Positions 21,212-34,272 of a stretch of DNA of 64,000 nt are shown in pieces (the stretch's first letter is position 1; each line of letters opens with the position of its first letter). Source of the stretch: Macrostomum lignano. Taxonomy: Eukaryota. Under the pieces are notes generated by a model. It made no database searches and was not told where the DNA came from. It saw only the letters and a program-made list of their open reading frames with translations. The position numbers were made by a program, and so were the translations under genes. The stretch is from contig NIVC01002498.1 in NCBI GenBank assembly GCA_002269645.1, positions 62,001-126,000 on the forward strand, read 5' to 3'.

Positions 21212-21635
21212 AAGTCACGTGAGTTTCATTTTGAAGAGAATTTTCATGTCACGTGACTTTCATTTTGAGGGAGTTTTCAAGTCACGTGACTTCCATTTTC
21301 GAGGGAGTTTTCAAGTCACGTGACTTTCATTTTTGAGAGAATTCTCAAATCACGTGACTTCCATTTTCGAGGGAGTTTTCAAGTCACGTGACTTTCATTT
21401 TTGAGAGAATTCTCAAATCACGTGACTTCCATTTTCGAGGGAGTTTTCAAGTCACGAGACTTTCATTTTTGAGAGAATTCTCAAATCACGTGACTTCCAT
21501 TTTCGAGGGAGTTTTCAAGTCACGTGACTTTCATTTTTGAGAGAATTCTCAAATCACGTGACTTCTATTTTCGAGGGAATTTTCAAGTCACGTGACTTTC
21601 ATTTTAGGGAGTAATTTTCAAATCACGTGACTCAC
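21212..21635. repeat. ~32-33-bp repeat carrying (G/A)TCACGTGAC palindromes
   Basis: About 13 units alternating in a dimer pattern. Confidence 0.9.
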
Positions 21636-21896
21636 GAAAAATAAAGATATTTTTAACTTTTCTCTCTGGTGAAGACAAGTCTCTTGCTTTTTCCTAATCT
21701 GAGGAATTTAGGTAAAACATCACATGACCTCGAGTTCTCAAAGCGTTCGAGGTCAAATTGTACCGATGCTACAAGCCAATTTAGCTTCGAAGGTGTATCT
21801 AATCTGTCTGAAAAGTAGCAACAGGAAGATAAGAAACCACAGCTGTGACGCCAAAAAATCTCAATCAGAGATGTGACTTTGATCACACTTCTACGA

Positions 21897-22806
21897 CTGG
21901 ATAGAGGCGCCATATCGGGGAACTGATAGAGGCGCCAAATCGGGGAACTGATAGAGGGAGGCGCCAGATCGGGGAACTGACAGAGGCGCCAAATCGGGGA
22001 ACTGATAGAGGCGCCAAATCGGGGAACTGACAGAGGGAGGCGCCAGATCGGGGAACTGACAGAGGCGCCAAATCGGGGAACTGATAGAGGCGCCAAATCG
22101 GGGAACTGATAGAGGCGCCAAATCGGGGAACTGACAGAGGCGCCAGATCGGGGAACTGATAGAGGCGCCAGATCGGGGAACTGATAGAGGCGCCAGATCG
22201 GGGAACTGATAGAGGCGCCAGATCGGGGGAACTGACAGAGGGAGGCGCCAGATCGGGGAACTGACAGAGGCGCCAAATCGGGGAACTGATAGAGGCGCCA
22301 GATCGGGGAACTGATAGAGGCGCCAGATCGGGGGAACTGACAGAGGGAGGCGCCAGATCGGGGAACTGATAGAGGCGCCAAATCGGGGAACTGATAGAGG
22401 CGCCAAATCGGGGAACTGACAGAGGCGCCAGATCGGGGAACTGACAGAGGCGCCAGATCGAGGAACTGATAGAGGCGCCAGATCGGGGAACTGATAGAGG
22501 CGCCAGATCGGGGAACTGATAGAGGCGCCAGATCGGGGAACTGATAGAGGCGCCAGATCGGAGAAAAGATAGAGGCGCCAGATCGGGGAACTGACAGAGG
22601 TGCCAGATCAGGGAACTGATAGAGGCGCCAGATCGGGGAACTGATAAAGGCGCCAGATCGGGGAACTGATAGAGGTGCCAGATCAGGGAACTGATAGAGG
22701 CGCCAGATCGGGAAACTGACAGAGGTGCCAGATCAGGGAACTGATATAGAGGCGCCAGATCGGGGAACTGACAGAGGCGCCAGATCGGGGAACTGATAGA
22801 GGTGCC
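21897..22806. repeat. 25-bp minisatellite (CTGATAGAGGCGCCAGATCGGGGAA)n
   Basis: Seen directly in the sequence. Confidence 0.95.
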
Positions 22807-22910
22807 ATTCGACTTTCGAGCTTAACCTCCAGACCACTTAAAAAACTTCATCAGCAGTTGCGCCTCAGCCTCTAAAACTGCTTCATCAACGTTCACTCCA
22901 TCAGCCTCAC

Positions 22911-23225
22911 CAGCTGTAGCAACTGCAGCTGCTGCTCCTGCACCTGCTTCCTCAGCAAGTCCTGCTGCCTCCGGCGTGCTGCCGTCTCCCGCATGGAGCA
23001 CGCACTGCCGCTGCCGCTGCCGCCGACGCCTTCGCCGGCTCCTCCAGCGGCGCCGGTGCCGTCGACTGCCATCGTTGGCGTCGCCTCGCCGCCGTCGGCG
23101 CCCAGCGCGGCCGCCACGCTGCGCCTGAGCTGGCGCTGAAGCTGCGAGCTGCGCCGCTTCGCCAGCCGCCTGTCCTCGTCGTTGGCGTAGTCCTCGAACA
23201 GCGGGTCCGGGGGCCGCTCTGCCAT
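22911..23225 (-). CDS. Possible alternative first coding exon (MAERPPDPLFEDYANDED...QQLQLLQL)
   Basis: 105-codon GC-rich open frame ending at phase-0 donor CTG|gtgagg; attachment to the DPP gene is inferred. Confidence 0.35.
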
Positions 23226-24199
23226 CCGGGTGGCAGCAGCCAGACAGCCTGTCGCAGATCCCGCCAGATGCTCCCACCGGAAATTGCCTGTCCCTGGCCG
23301 CTCCGCCGTCAATCTTTGAGCCGGGCAGCTCAGAGAAATGTCACGCGCACAGCCGAGTCTGCTTTATCTCGGCTTGCTAAATCCATTCTCTTTACCTGCG
23401 AATCCAGGCCTCAATTACAATTGGTCCGAGGTTACCTGTGCCGCGCCGTATCCGGGATTGGCAGCGGTTCAGAGCCGCTGCCTCTCAGCCTCCGCCTCTC
23501 CTGTCATGAGCCGTCTCGGCCCGACCCCCCCTCCCCTATTCAGAAATCCATTTTTTGCGTCGCTCATGAAATTCTGCTTCATTCTTTCTCCCTCTAATTG
23601 TGTGGTGCTGCCAGCTCCCATCCCCTCAGCTCTCCGCCAGCTTTCACTGTTGCCCCATTGTCTTCCGCTGCCTGCGCTCGGCAAAGGCCCGGCTCTGCCA
23701 AGCAGATTCAAATTAGGCCAGGAAGACTCTGCCGCCCCAAGGTTGCCCCGGACTCGATTCCGCCCCGTGAGGCCACTTTTTTCAATGAGACAGTCAGGGC
23801 CGCGTACACCCTGCATGAGCCTGTGCCTGCGTTGGGGCAGGGCCAACCCCCCCCCCCTGCGAAAGATGCATTCTGAGTTTGAAACCAAATAACTTCAAGC
23901 TTCAAGCAACGTTGGGACTGAGGTTGCCTGGGGAACAGAATGGATGATGCTGGAGCTGACAGGGCCAGGAGCTCTGCCTGCGGCTGCCAGCTGTAAATGA
24001 CGAATGAGGCTGTAGAGGTTGGCCCGGCACGGGGCTATCAATATGGGCTGCCGTGCTGGCGACAGGGAGCGGGGAGGAGAGAGTTTTAGAATGTTTTGGG
24101 AGAAAGTCGGCGTAAAAAATCTGACACAGCGGCTCGGAGAGGGACGGAAGGAAAATTGACCAAAAATGTTTTCAATTCAGAAGGATGGGCAGTATGAGA

Positions 24200-25845
24200 T
24201 GAGAGTCAGATAAGGAAATTCAGACAAGGAGAGTCAGACAAGAAGAGAGTCAGACAAGGAGAGAGTCAGACAAGTATAAAGTCAGACAAGTATAAAGTCA
24301 GACAAGAAGAGAGTCAGACAAGGAGAGACAAGGAGAGAGTCAAACAAGGAGAGAGTCAGACAAGAAGAGAGTCAGACAAGGAGAGAGTCAGACAAGACGA
24401 GAGTCAGACAAGGAGAGACTCAGACAAGGAGAGTGTCAGACAAGAAGAGAGTCAGACAAGAAGAGAGAGTCAGACAAGTATAGAGTCAGACAAGGAGAGA
24501 CTCAGACAAGGAGAGAGTCAGACAAGAAGAGAGTCAGACAGGAAGAGAGAGTCAGACAAGGAGAGAGTCGGACAAGAAGAGAGTCAGACAAGGAGAGACA
24601 AGTGAGTCAGACAAGGAGAGAGTCAGACAAGGAGAGAGTCAGACAAGGAGAGAGTCAGACAAGGAGAGAGTCAGACAAGAAGAGAGTCAGATAAGAAGAG
24701 AGTCAGACAAGGAGAGACAAGGAGAGAGTCAGACAAAGAGAGAGTCAGACAAGAAGAGAGTCAGACAAGGAGAGACAAGGAGAGAGTCAGACAAGGAGAG
24801 AGTCAGACAAGAAGAGAGTCAGATGAGAAGAGAGTCAGACAAGGAGAGACAAGTGAGTCAGACAAGGAGAGAGTCAGACAAGGAGAGAGTCAGACAAGGA
24901 GAGAGTCAGACAAGGAGAGAGTCAGACAAGGAGAGAGTCAGACAATGAGAGAGTCAGACAAGGAGAGAGTCAGACAAGAAGAGAGTCAGATGAGAAGAGA
25001 GTCAGACAAGGAGAGACAAGTGAGTCAGACAAGGAGAGAGTCAGACAAGGAGAGAGTCAGACAAGGAGAGAGTCAGACAAGGAGAGAGTCAGACAAGGAG
25101 AGAGTCAGACAATGAGAGAGTCAGACAAGGAGAGAGTCAGACAAGAAGAGAGTCAGATGAGAAGAGAGTCAGACAAGGAGAGACAAGTGAGTCAGACAAG
25201 GAGAGAGTCAGACAAGGAGAGAGTCAGACAATGAGAGAGTCAGACAAGGAGAGAGTCAGACAAGAAGAGAGTCAGACAAGAAGAGAGTCAGACAAGGAGA
25301 GACAAAGAGAGAGTCAGACAAGGAGAGAGTCAGACAAGAAGAGAGTCAGACAAGGAGAGAGTCAAACAAGGAGAGAGACAGACAAACAGACAAGAAGAGA
25401 GTCAGACAAGGAGAGAGTCAGACAAGGAGAGAGTCAGACAAGGAGAGACAAGGAGAGAGTCAGACAAGGAGAGAGTCAGACAAGAAGAGAGTCAGATGAG
25501 AAGAGAGTCAGACAAGGAGAGACAAGAGAGTCAGACAAGTATAGAGTCAGACAAGGAGAGAGTCAGACAAGGAGAGAGTCAGACAAGGAGAGAGTCAGAC
25601 AAGGAGAGAGTCAGACAAGGAGAGAGTCAGACAAGGAGAGAGTCAGACAAGGAGAGAGTCAGACAAGGAGAGAGTCAGACAAGGAGAGAGTCAGACAAGG
25701 AGAGAGTCAGACAAGGAGAGAGTCAGACAAGGAGAGAGTCAGACAAGGAGAGAGTCAGACAAGGAGAGAGTCAGACAAGGAGAGAGTCAGACAAGGAGAG
25801 AGTCAGACAAGGAGAGAGTCAGACAAGGAGAGAGTCAGACAAGGA
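24200..25845. repeat. 16-bp minisatellite (GTCAGACAAGGAGAGA)n
   Basis: Seen directly in the sequence. Confidence 0.96.
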
Positions 25846-26180
25846 AAAATTAAGATAAAATCGCGTCAGCTTGGATTTCATCAGCTGTCCGGAGCTGTCC
25901 ATCCGTGTCTGAGCAAAGCCTATAAAATTGAACCGTTTTATACAGCAGCTCAAACAGCAGCTCAACTCAACAATCAATGCTTGAGACCAATCGATAAAAA
26001 TATCTCCCACAGGGGAATCAGATTTCGTCAGCAGCTGGGAATCGGACAAAATGGAAAAATTTGCCAACTCATTCTTCCTCTTATAAGTTTTTCATCAAAC
26101 TGGAGCTTAGGAAAATATTTTAACTGTCCCGCCTGCTTTTACTGCAAGTAGGCCAGTGCGCATTTTGTCAGTCAGCTTAC

Positions 26181-26294
26181 CGCAAGCACATCGGGCGGAA
26201 TGTCGTTAATATTGACGTTGTTCTTGCCTCGGCGCTTGCCGCGGTACGGCGAGGTGCCGCTTCGTTCGCCGCCTGCGCCTGATGAAGCGTACAT
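26181..26294 (-). CDS. Candidate alternative first coding exon (MYASSGAGGERSGTSPYRGKRRGKNNVNINDIPPDVLA)
   Basis: ATG at 26294, 38 codons, phase-0 donor GCG|gtaagc, preceded by an acceptor-like ttttcag in the 5' UTR. Confidence 0.5.
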
Positions 26295-27358
26295 GATGAT
26301 GCCGGATGCTGCGGAGGTTGGCCTGAAAATTTTGTCAAATATTTTCTTCGATTTTCTTAGAAACGTATATTTGCCCTAAGTGCAGTTAGAACACACAGAG
26401 CAGGGGGTTTTGCCATAGACAAATTCTATCAAGAAGCATTAAAAAGATCTGATTTCCCGAGAAAACTCTCCTGCTCATTTCAAAGAAAATCGAGCTCAGA
26501 ATTGAATTCGAATCAAAATCAGCGCATAAAAAAGGTCAGTTGGGGGCATTGTTGAAATTTTGTTATGAATATCGACCCCTTCGCATCGGAAATAATCGTT
26601 ATTCGCTGCACCTCAAAGCTCAACCTTTGAGCTCACTGGACTCCTTAAATTATTAATGCACTTCTGCACTTCCTCAGCCCCGCAGCAACCGACTCCTGCT
26701 TGACCCCGGCAGCAACTGAGCACAGCTGATGAGCTGTTGTTCATCTCGGCAGAAAATGGAGAGAAGAAAAAGAAAAAATCAGTTTGAGCACCGCGAGTCT
26801 TCCCTCCGAGCCGCCCGCCGGTTGGAAGGAGAGAAACCGTCCGGATCAGAGAGGAGAGGCTGGGAGCAAAGATGACGGACTTCTGTTTATATTGAGAGCG
26901 GCAAAGCCTCCCCGTGAGTGAGTTTGAGAGCGCCGCGCTGGCCTGCAGATCCTGCAGAGGGGGGAGGGCAGCTCATGCGGTCTGCAACTCGATTCTAAAA
27001 ATAGCGCAGCAGCCAGGAATTTCGAACCCGAGGGTCCCTCTCCCCCCTCCCAGACTAATTAAGCCCGACTCAGACTGCGGCGTCTGTCAGGCGCTGGCGA
27101 GGTCCCGGGCTCGAATTTCCCGGATGCGGCAGCTTGAGTGAAAATAAAAACGGAGTTTAGAGCGACTGGGGAAATTCTGCGGGAAATGGACGGCGGAGAG
27201 GGGGAAAGGGGGAAAAGGACGTTTGCGAATAAGGAACAGATTTACTGACTGCTGTGGGGACTTTGGGTGACTGGGGACTGCGACAGAGTAAAGCAGAGCA
27301 AGACAAAAAAATAGAAAGTTTCTCATGCACTGAAAAAAACTTAGTCAGACCGCCATTA

Positions 27359-27868
<510 letters not shown>

Positions 27869-28454
27869 CTGTGCGGTCCACAGGTCCCCTCTGAGAGCTG
27901 GGCGGAGATTCCAGTCCGCCTGTCACTCATTAATACCGAAACCTGACAGGGCCGCAGAGTTTATTCCCCAGTCTGGAATTTCCCCCAGGAATTCTCCGCA
28001 GCCCCACCGGGGCCGAGCAGCCGGTAAATCACAGCCGCTGTGAGCTCTCCGCCCCCCCCCCCTCTGCGGACTCGAGCTCGATTTTGTAGAGCAATCGGGA
28101 TCCGTACGGACAGTGGGGTGCTGAAGCCGTGGCTGTCCGCGATACCTTTCGAGCATTTTACAAGAGAACGGAGAGTAGATAAAAAGGGAATTTTTTATAC
28201 CTTGTATAGGCGACCAGATGTGAGAGGCCTGGATTTTAATGCAGAATTGTCTAGAGAACTTTACTGCCATATGGATTTTGAGAACAGGCGAGCTGAAGAA
28301 CTGAGAGCAAGAGACGGGCAGAGTGACCGGGGGATGTAGGAACAGCAAGTGCTGGACAAAGCCGGACCGACAGACAAACGACAAACAGTCAGGACAAGCA
28401 GACGGACAGACAGACAAAAAGCCGGACAAGCAGGTAAGCAGGCAGACAGACAGG

Positions 28455-28910
28455 CGAGGAATCAGAGCGGACAGGCGGGGAATCGCAGAGGACAGGCGGG
28501 AAATCAGAGCGGACAGGCGGGGAATCAGAGCGGACAGGCGGGGAATCGCAGAGGACAGGCGGGAAATCAGAGCGGACAGGCGGGGAATCAGAGCGGACAG
28601 GCGGGGAATCAGAGAGGACAGGCGGGGAATCAGAGTGGACAGGCGGGGAATCAGAGAGGACAGGCGGGGAATCAGAGCGGACAGGCGGGGAATCAGAGCG
28701 GACAGGCGGGGAATCAGAGCGGACAGGCGGGGAATCAGAGAGGACAGGCGGGGAATCAGAGCGGACAGGCGGGGAATCAGAGAGGACAGGCGGGGAATCA
28801 GAGAGGACAGGCGGGGAATCAGAGTGGACAGGCGGGGAATCAGAGAGGACAGGCGGGGAATCAGAGCGGACAGGCGGGGAATCAGAGAGGACAGGCGGGG
28901 AATCAGAGCG
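28455..28910. repeat. 21-bp minisatellite (GCGGACAGGCGGGGAATCAGA)n
   Basis: Seen directly in the sequence. Confidence 0.95.
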
Positions 28911-30061
28911 ACCCCCAGCTTGTCCCCCCAGCTGGGAAAGTACAACGTGTCGGGCTGCTATTTTGCAAATTAGAATAATGAGGAACGTGGGGGAAAAAAA
29001 TTCGGCGTCACAACGAAGGAAAGGATGAGGCGCTTCGCAAGGAGGCTGCAGCTCGTGGGAATTGGGACGCCGCCTTGAGCGAGAATTCCTGGCTCAGTGG
29101 GATTTGGCAAGATAGAATGAATTCGATGGGATGCCCTGCTTCACAGGAGTTGAGAATCCCGCGCGAGTCCGACTGAGGTAGCGAGTGAGAATAATGAGGC
29201 AGCCGACAATAAAGCTGTAAGACTGACACGCACACGGATGCGTACATTGTGCACCAGCGGCACTGACTCTCACTGCCGCGCTCACGGACAGCTGAAGCAG
29301 AAGACAGCTGCACTACAGAAGCAACAGACGGCCCCGTGTTCGCGGCAAAATGCATTGGCGAGGTTGGAAAGTTTTCAGTTCAAGGACTACTTAAGTAGAT
29401 GGATGGGAAACTTCGTTTCTTGGAATGTTTTAGAAGGCCGGTTTTACCCGAAAGAATACATTAAGGAGAACGGAGGTTTTTATTTTTTGAGCACAAAATT
29501 TGTTAGCTGGCTAAAAAAAAGTGAATTTTTTCTGTATCTCGCCTCAAGTGAGCTCGATCTGCAAGAACATGGATCTCGGAGTTCCCGACTGAAAATCAGA
29601 CTCAAGCAACTACTTTCCCCCAAAAGGTCTCAGAGAGCCGCTGCTCTGGGTTGAGTACTGCGGTAATATTCAAGCCTTCCCGAAGCCGCCACTCCGCGGA
29701 ACTGGATCGAGGACAGAAGTTTTGCAGTATGCTGATCTTCTTGCATTCTGGGAAGACCCAGATCACGGATGAGGGGAGCCGGAAGATGAAAACATGACAG
29801 TTCCAGTTAAAAGGGCCGAACGATCCTGTTGGAATTCTGCCGATGGCCGAAGTTCGAAATTTCGCACTAAAGGCTTTGCCAGAAATGCACCATTCAAAAC
29901 TGCGATCGATCCCCGCTGGCACCAGGATTGAAGTCGCAGTGACTGCGCAGATCAAAAACTGTTTCCATGCTTTGGCTTTAAGCGCAATGCAGCACTAATT
30001 AGTGGCAGCGTTTAGCAATTAATATGGAGAGTCATTTACTGCGTGTTTAATCATTTGTAGG

Positions 30062-30678
30062 TGATAGATTAGCAATCCATTCTATTCCTTCATCACTGAT
30101 GTAGGCTAGATTAGCAATCCATTCTATTCCTTCATGACTGATGTAGGTGATAGATTAGCAATCCATTCCATTCCTTAAACAGTGATTTTGGATAGATTAG
30201 CAATCCATTCTATTCCTTAAACAGTGATTTTGGATAGATTAGCAATCCATTCTATTCCTTAAACAGTGATTTTGGATAGATTAGCAATCCATTCTATTCC
30301 TTAAACAGTGATTTTGGATAGATAAGCAATCCATTCTATTCCTTAAACAGTGATTTTGGATAGATTAGCAATCCATTCTATTCCTTAAACAGTGATTTTG
30401 GATAGATTAGCAATCCATTCTATTCCTTAAACAGTGATTTTGGATAGATTAGCAATCCATTCTATTCCTTAAACAGTGATTTTGGATAGATTAGCAATCC
30501 ATTCTATTCCTTAAACAGTGATTTTGGATAGATAAGCAATCCATTCTATTCCTTAAACAGTGATTTTGGATAGATTAGCAATCCATTCTATTCCTTAAAC
30601 AGTGATTTTGGACAGATTAGCAATCCATTCCATTCCTTAAACAGTGATTTTGGACAGATTAGCAATCCATTCTATCCC
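30062..30678. repeat. 42-bp minisatellite (GATAGATTAGCAATCCATTCTATTCCTTAAACAGTGATTTTG)n
   Basis: ~14 copies. Confidence 0.95.
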
Positions 30679-31319
30679 CTCACGCACTCGAGAGTTCGAC
30701 AGTGCAGCGGTGCTCGCCCTGCAGTTCTCACCTGTCAGCAGTCAGCGGTAGAACACAGCAGCAGTTGCACTGCTGCAGCTCTTTCTATGACGTCACGGCA
30801 GTACTTTGTTCTTGTAGCAGAAATTTTCACCGTTATAGCTATCCGGCATTACTCATAAATATTGTCTGGGGGGTGAGCTGGGCTGCGCCGAAGTCCTGGT
30901 GGACAATGCCCCCCTCCTGCTGCGCTGATAACCCCAGCAGCTCGCCAAGCTGCTCTGGGCTGGGGGCGCCCATCAGAGCGGATTGGCCGATAAGCGCACC
31001 TCAGGCGGCTGGGCTCTCCCGCATTGGCCCGGTCAGTTCTGCAGCAAAAAGAGCTGCCCACGCTCTGATGCCGCTGAGGGCCAAATTGATTGACCCCAGA
31101 GACTGGCTGGCAACCGGCTGATGCCGCAGCGGCTTCCCCTATTCTTCAGTGTTTTATAAAATTGCCCTGAACACAATGGCGGCTAATCGCGCGTCCAGGA
31201 GAAATGCAGATTTTACAGCTTAGGCACGGGGGGACAAGAGATGCACAGGATTCTGGGAGCCTGCAGAGGATGAGGATTGATGAGGATGCGAGGATTCTGC
31301 TCAAAAATATTTTGATCGC

Positions 31320-31756
31320 AGCAACTGAGGATCTGGGAGGCTGGCCCAGCAACTGAGGATCTGGGAGGCTGGCCCAGCAACTGAGGATCTGGGAGGCTAG
31401 CCCAGCAACTGAGGATCTGGGAGGCTGGCCCAGCAACTGAGGATCTGGGAGGCTGGCTTAGCAACTGAGGATCTGGGAGGCTCGCCCAGCAACTGAGGAT
31501 CTGGGAGGCTGGCTTAGCAACTGAGGATCTGGGAGGCTCGCCCAGCAACTGAGGATCTGGGAGGCTGGCTTAGCAACTGAGGATCTGGGAGGCTGGCTCA
31601 GCAACTGAGGATCTGGGAGGCTGGCTTAGCAACTGAGGATCTGGGAGGCTGGCTCAGCAACTGAGGATCTGGGAGGCTGGCCCAGCAACTGAGGATCTGA
31701 GAGGCTGGCCCAGCAACTGAGGATCTGGGAGGCTGGCCCAGCAAGTGAGGATCTGC
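31320..31756. repeat. 28-bp minisatellite (GCAACTGAGGATCTGGGAGGCTGGCCCA)n
   Basis: Seen directly in the sequence. Confidence 0.95.
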
Positions 31757-32009
31757 GATGTGGGAGTAAATCAGATGCAAAAAGTCGGAATTAACAAAGC
31801 CACTTACTGTCACACAGCATCTGATGTTTTCATTGACATTCATCTCAGCCATGCCTGAATCTCAAGATTCAAGAGGAAGGCAGAGCAGCAGGATCTGATT
31901 GAGAAGGAAAATCGGAATTGGTTTTCTGTTTTCCTATAGTTGGACTTGGCAGTAACCAGGAGATAAGTGCGCAGGAAAGATTGAGAGAGGTAAGGAAAAG
32001 AGTTAGGGA

Positions 32010-32465
32010 GAAGGGTGAGAGATGGTGAGGGAGAGAGTGAGAGGGTGATGGAGAGAGTGAGAGGGTGATGGAGAGGGTGAGAGGGTGAGGAGAGGGTGAA
32101 GAAGAGGGTGAGGGAGAGGGTAAGAGGGTGAGGGAGAGGGTGAGAGGGTGAGGGAGAGGGTGAGAGGGTGATGGAGAGAGTGAGAGGGTGATGGAGAGAG
32201 TGAGAGGGTGATGGAGAGAGTGAGAGGGTGATGGAGAGAGTGAGAGGGTGATGGAGAGGGTGAGAGGGTGAGGAGAGGGTGAAGAAGAGGGTGAGGGAGA
32301 GGGTGAGAGGGTGATGGAGAGGGTGAGAGGGTGAGGGTGAGGGTGAGAGGGTGAGAGGGTGAGGGAGAGGGTGAGAGGGTGAGGGAGAGGGTGAGAGGGT
32401 GAGGGTGAGGGTGAGAGGGTGAGGGTGAGGGTGAGAGGGTGAGAGGGTGAGAGTGTGAGGGAGAG
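32010..32465. repeat. Purine-rich (GAGGGTGA)-based repeat
   Basis: Seen directly in the sequence. Confidence 0.9.
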
Positions 32466-32831
32466 GACGCAAATCAAACACATACGTACACTAGTCGTAG
32501 TAGGCAATGATTAGAAAATAACGACTGATTTGATTATTTGAAGTCAGCGTGGATTTGCTGTGCGACTTGAATGGCAGATGCTTGTGGCACACAGTTGCCT
32601 TTATTGCCTGTAGCTCTTTTTAGCACTAATAAAATCACAATGGTGTCACCTTCTGGACTTCCAAACGGGGCAAGCGGCTGTTTAATTCGAGGTGGCACTC
32701 GCAAGTTTGTCAAGAAAAAGTTTGAAATAGCATTGTATCACGCTGGCGCGCGTTAGATGCACGATTTACTGTGCGTCTAATGTAGGTGTCTATGGCAATT
32801 TTCTATCTGAGTAAAAGCAACAAGCGTGCGT

Positions 32832-33422
32832 CTAACGCTCGATCGATTGGAAGTGTCGGGCGCGTCCGCCTCGGGCAATGAAGATTCTGCCCATTGACTT
32901 CAGTGTCGTATTGGAAGCATAGAATGCGTCGTCAGTTAGAATATTGATTCGCCTTGTCGACATGAAATGCCGGTAGAGCGCAGCTCGGATACAAATCAAC
33001 GTGGCTGGAGCAAAGTATTCGCCATTCCTCTTGCGAAGTGAGCCATAGAAGTATCGCAATAGACTGTCGATCTCGCGCGGTGTAGAAGTCGCCAAATCAC
33101 GCTGAACTGACGGATGGTTCTCCATGAAGCTCTGCAACTTACCGACATAATATTCGGTAGCCTTTGTCACACTTTTACTAGCAGCGGTGTCCTCGATTTC
33201 GGAAACGAGCTGTTCCAATTCAAGTAGTTCAGCTTCTTCGTCAGGTATCTTCTTGAAAAGTGCCTCCAGAAGATCCTCCTCTTCTCGATCAATTGCCGAC
33301 TCCGGTAGATTATCAGGCTCGTTCAGAATTTCGTCAATCTCATTGGTGGACAAGCCGGAAATCATTTCGTTCGGAAATTTGCTCAGATTCAGAAGTCTGA
33401 CTTTAGTTGGTGGCTCAGCCAT
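32832..33422 (-). pseudogene. Crypton/DUF3504-like (tyrosine recombinase N-terminal part) ORF, 196 aa, truncated before the catalytic domain
   Basis: EIDSLLRYFYGSLRKRNGEYFAPATLICIRAALYRHF matches the L..fy..vRk.dG..Y.p.sl..ir.al.Ryl block of Crypton-A/ZMYM/KCTD1/QRICH1 DUF3504 proteins. No catalytic R-H-R-Y region was found nearby. Confidence 0.7.
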
Positions 33423-33722
33423 ATTCTCTCACAAGTGATTTTAATTTAACAGCTTCTTATTCCCTTCTTCGCAACACTCAATCAACTTGCGTGCCTTTCA
33501 CGCATTTTTGTCTATGGTTAAGACAAATTAACTGAGCGTGCATCTAACGCGCCATCTAAAGTATTAAGCCAACGTAATACAATGCAACTCATACATCGAT
33601 TTTTTCGTAAAATCGATGTATGAATCCTACAATATTTTGGAGAGCGGCAGTGCTTAAACTGCAGTTGTGTTGTTTATACGGGTTTTGTAAAGATTTGCTA
33701 TTCAAAGGTTCCAAGGTATCGC

Positions 33723-34272
33723 AGTAGTATGAGTTTATGCAACTCTGCCGCACTTGCACTGCGGAGATAGGCGGTAATGTAAAAGGATAGGAGGGTGTAA
33801 AAGAGCCAGCTGAGATAGCCAATGGAAATAAGGGGCGTGGGGTGGGTGTGATTGGCTGGGCGGCGCGGGTGGTGAAACGCTTATGCAACTCTGCCGCACT
33901 GGGAGGGGCAGGTAGCAAAGCAAAGCTAAGAATTGGAAGGTTTTTGGAATAGCAGAGTAAACAAATTAAAGCAAGGTAGGCGTGGCGTGGAAACTTCCAC
34001 CTCAATTTTGTGCCTGGCCTATGCAACTCCTCACCATCCTCCAATGTGCTTATTGTATAGCAATGCCTATGCAACTCTAAGCGGAGAGAGGCTCCGCTCT
34101 TGAGTGTCTGCCTCTGGCGCGACTGGCATTGATAATAAATGGGTAATAAACTTTGTAACGGGTGCGGGGGCTTGAGTGGAAAGGGTAGGGTTTGGAGTGG
34201 AGGTGAGGTTGTTGGTGGGCTCTAAAACAGTTGTTCAACTCTGCCGCACTTTCACTGTGCAGGGACAGAGAG
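33723..34272 (+). repeat. Left terminal inverted repeat of the Polinton (~550 bp)
   Basis: Imperfect reverse complement of 48256-48837; contains CCAAT and GC-box-like motifs and repeated CAACTCTGCCGCACT. Confidence 0.92.

Noticed and set aside
31140-32000. Downstream exons completing the Crypton recombinase
   Set aside because: I looked for the CPV / TNHS.R / GH.S catalytic motifs on the minus strand and found none.
33589-34074. ORFs within the TIRs (also 48540-48848)
   Set aside because: No recognisable motifs; they mirror each other only because they lie in the inverted repeats.
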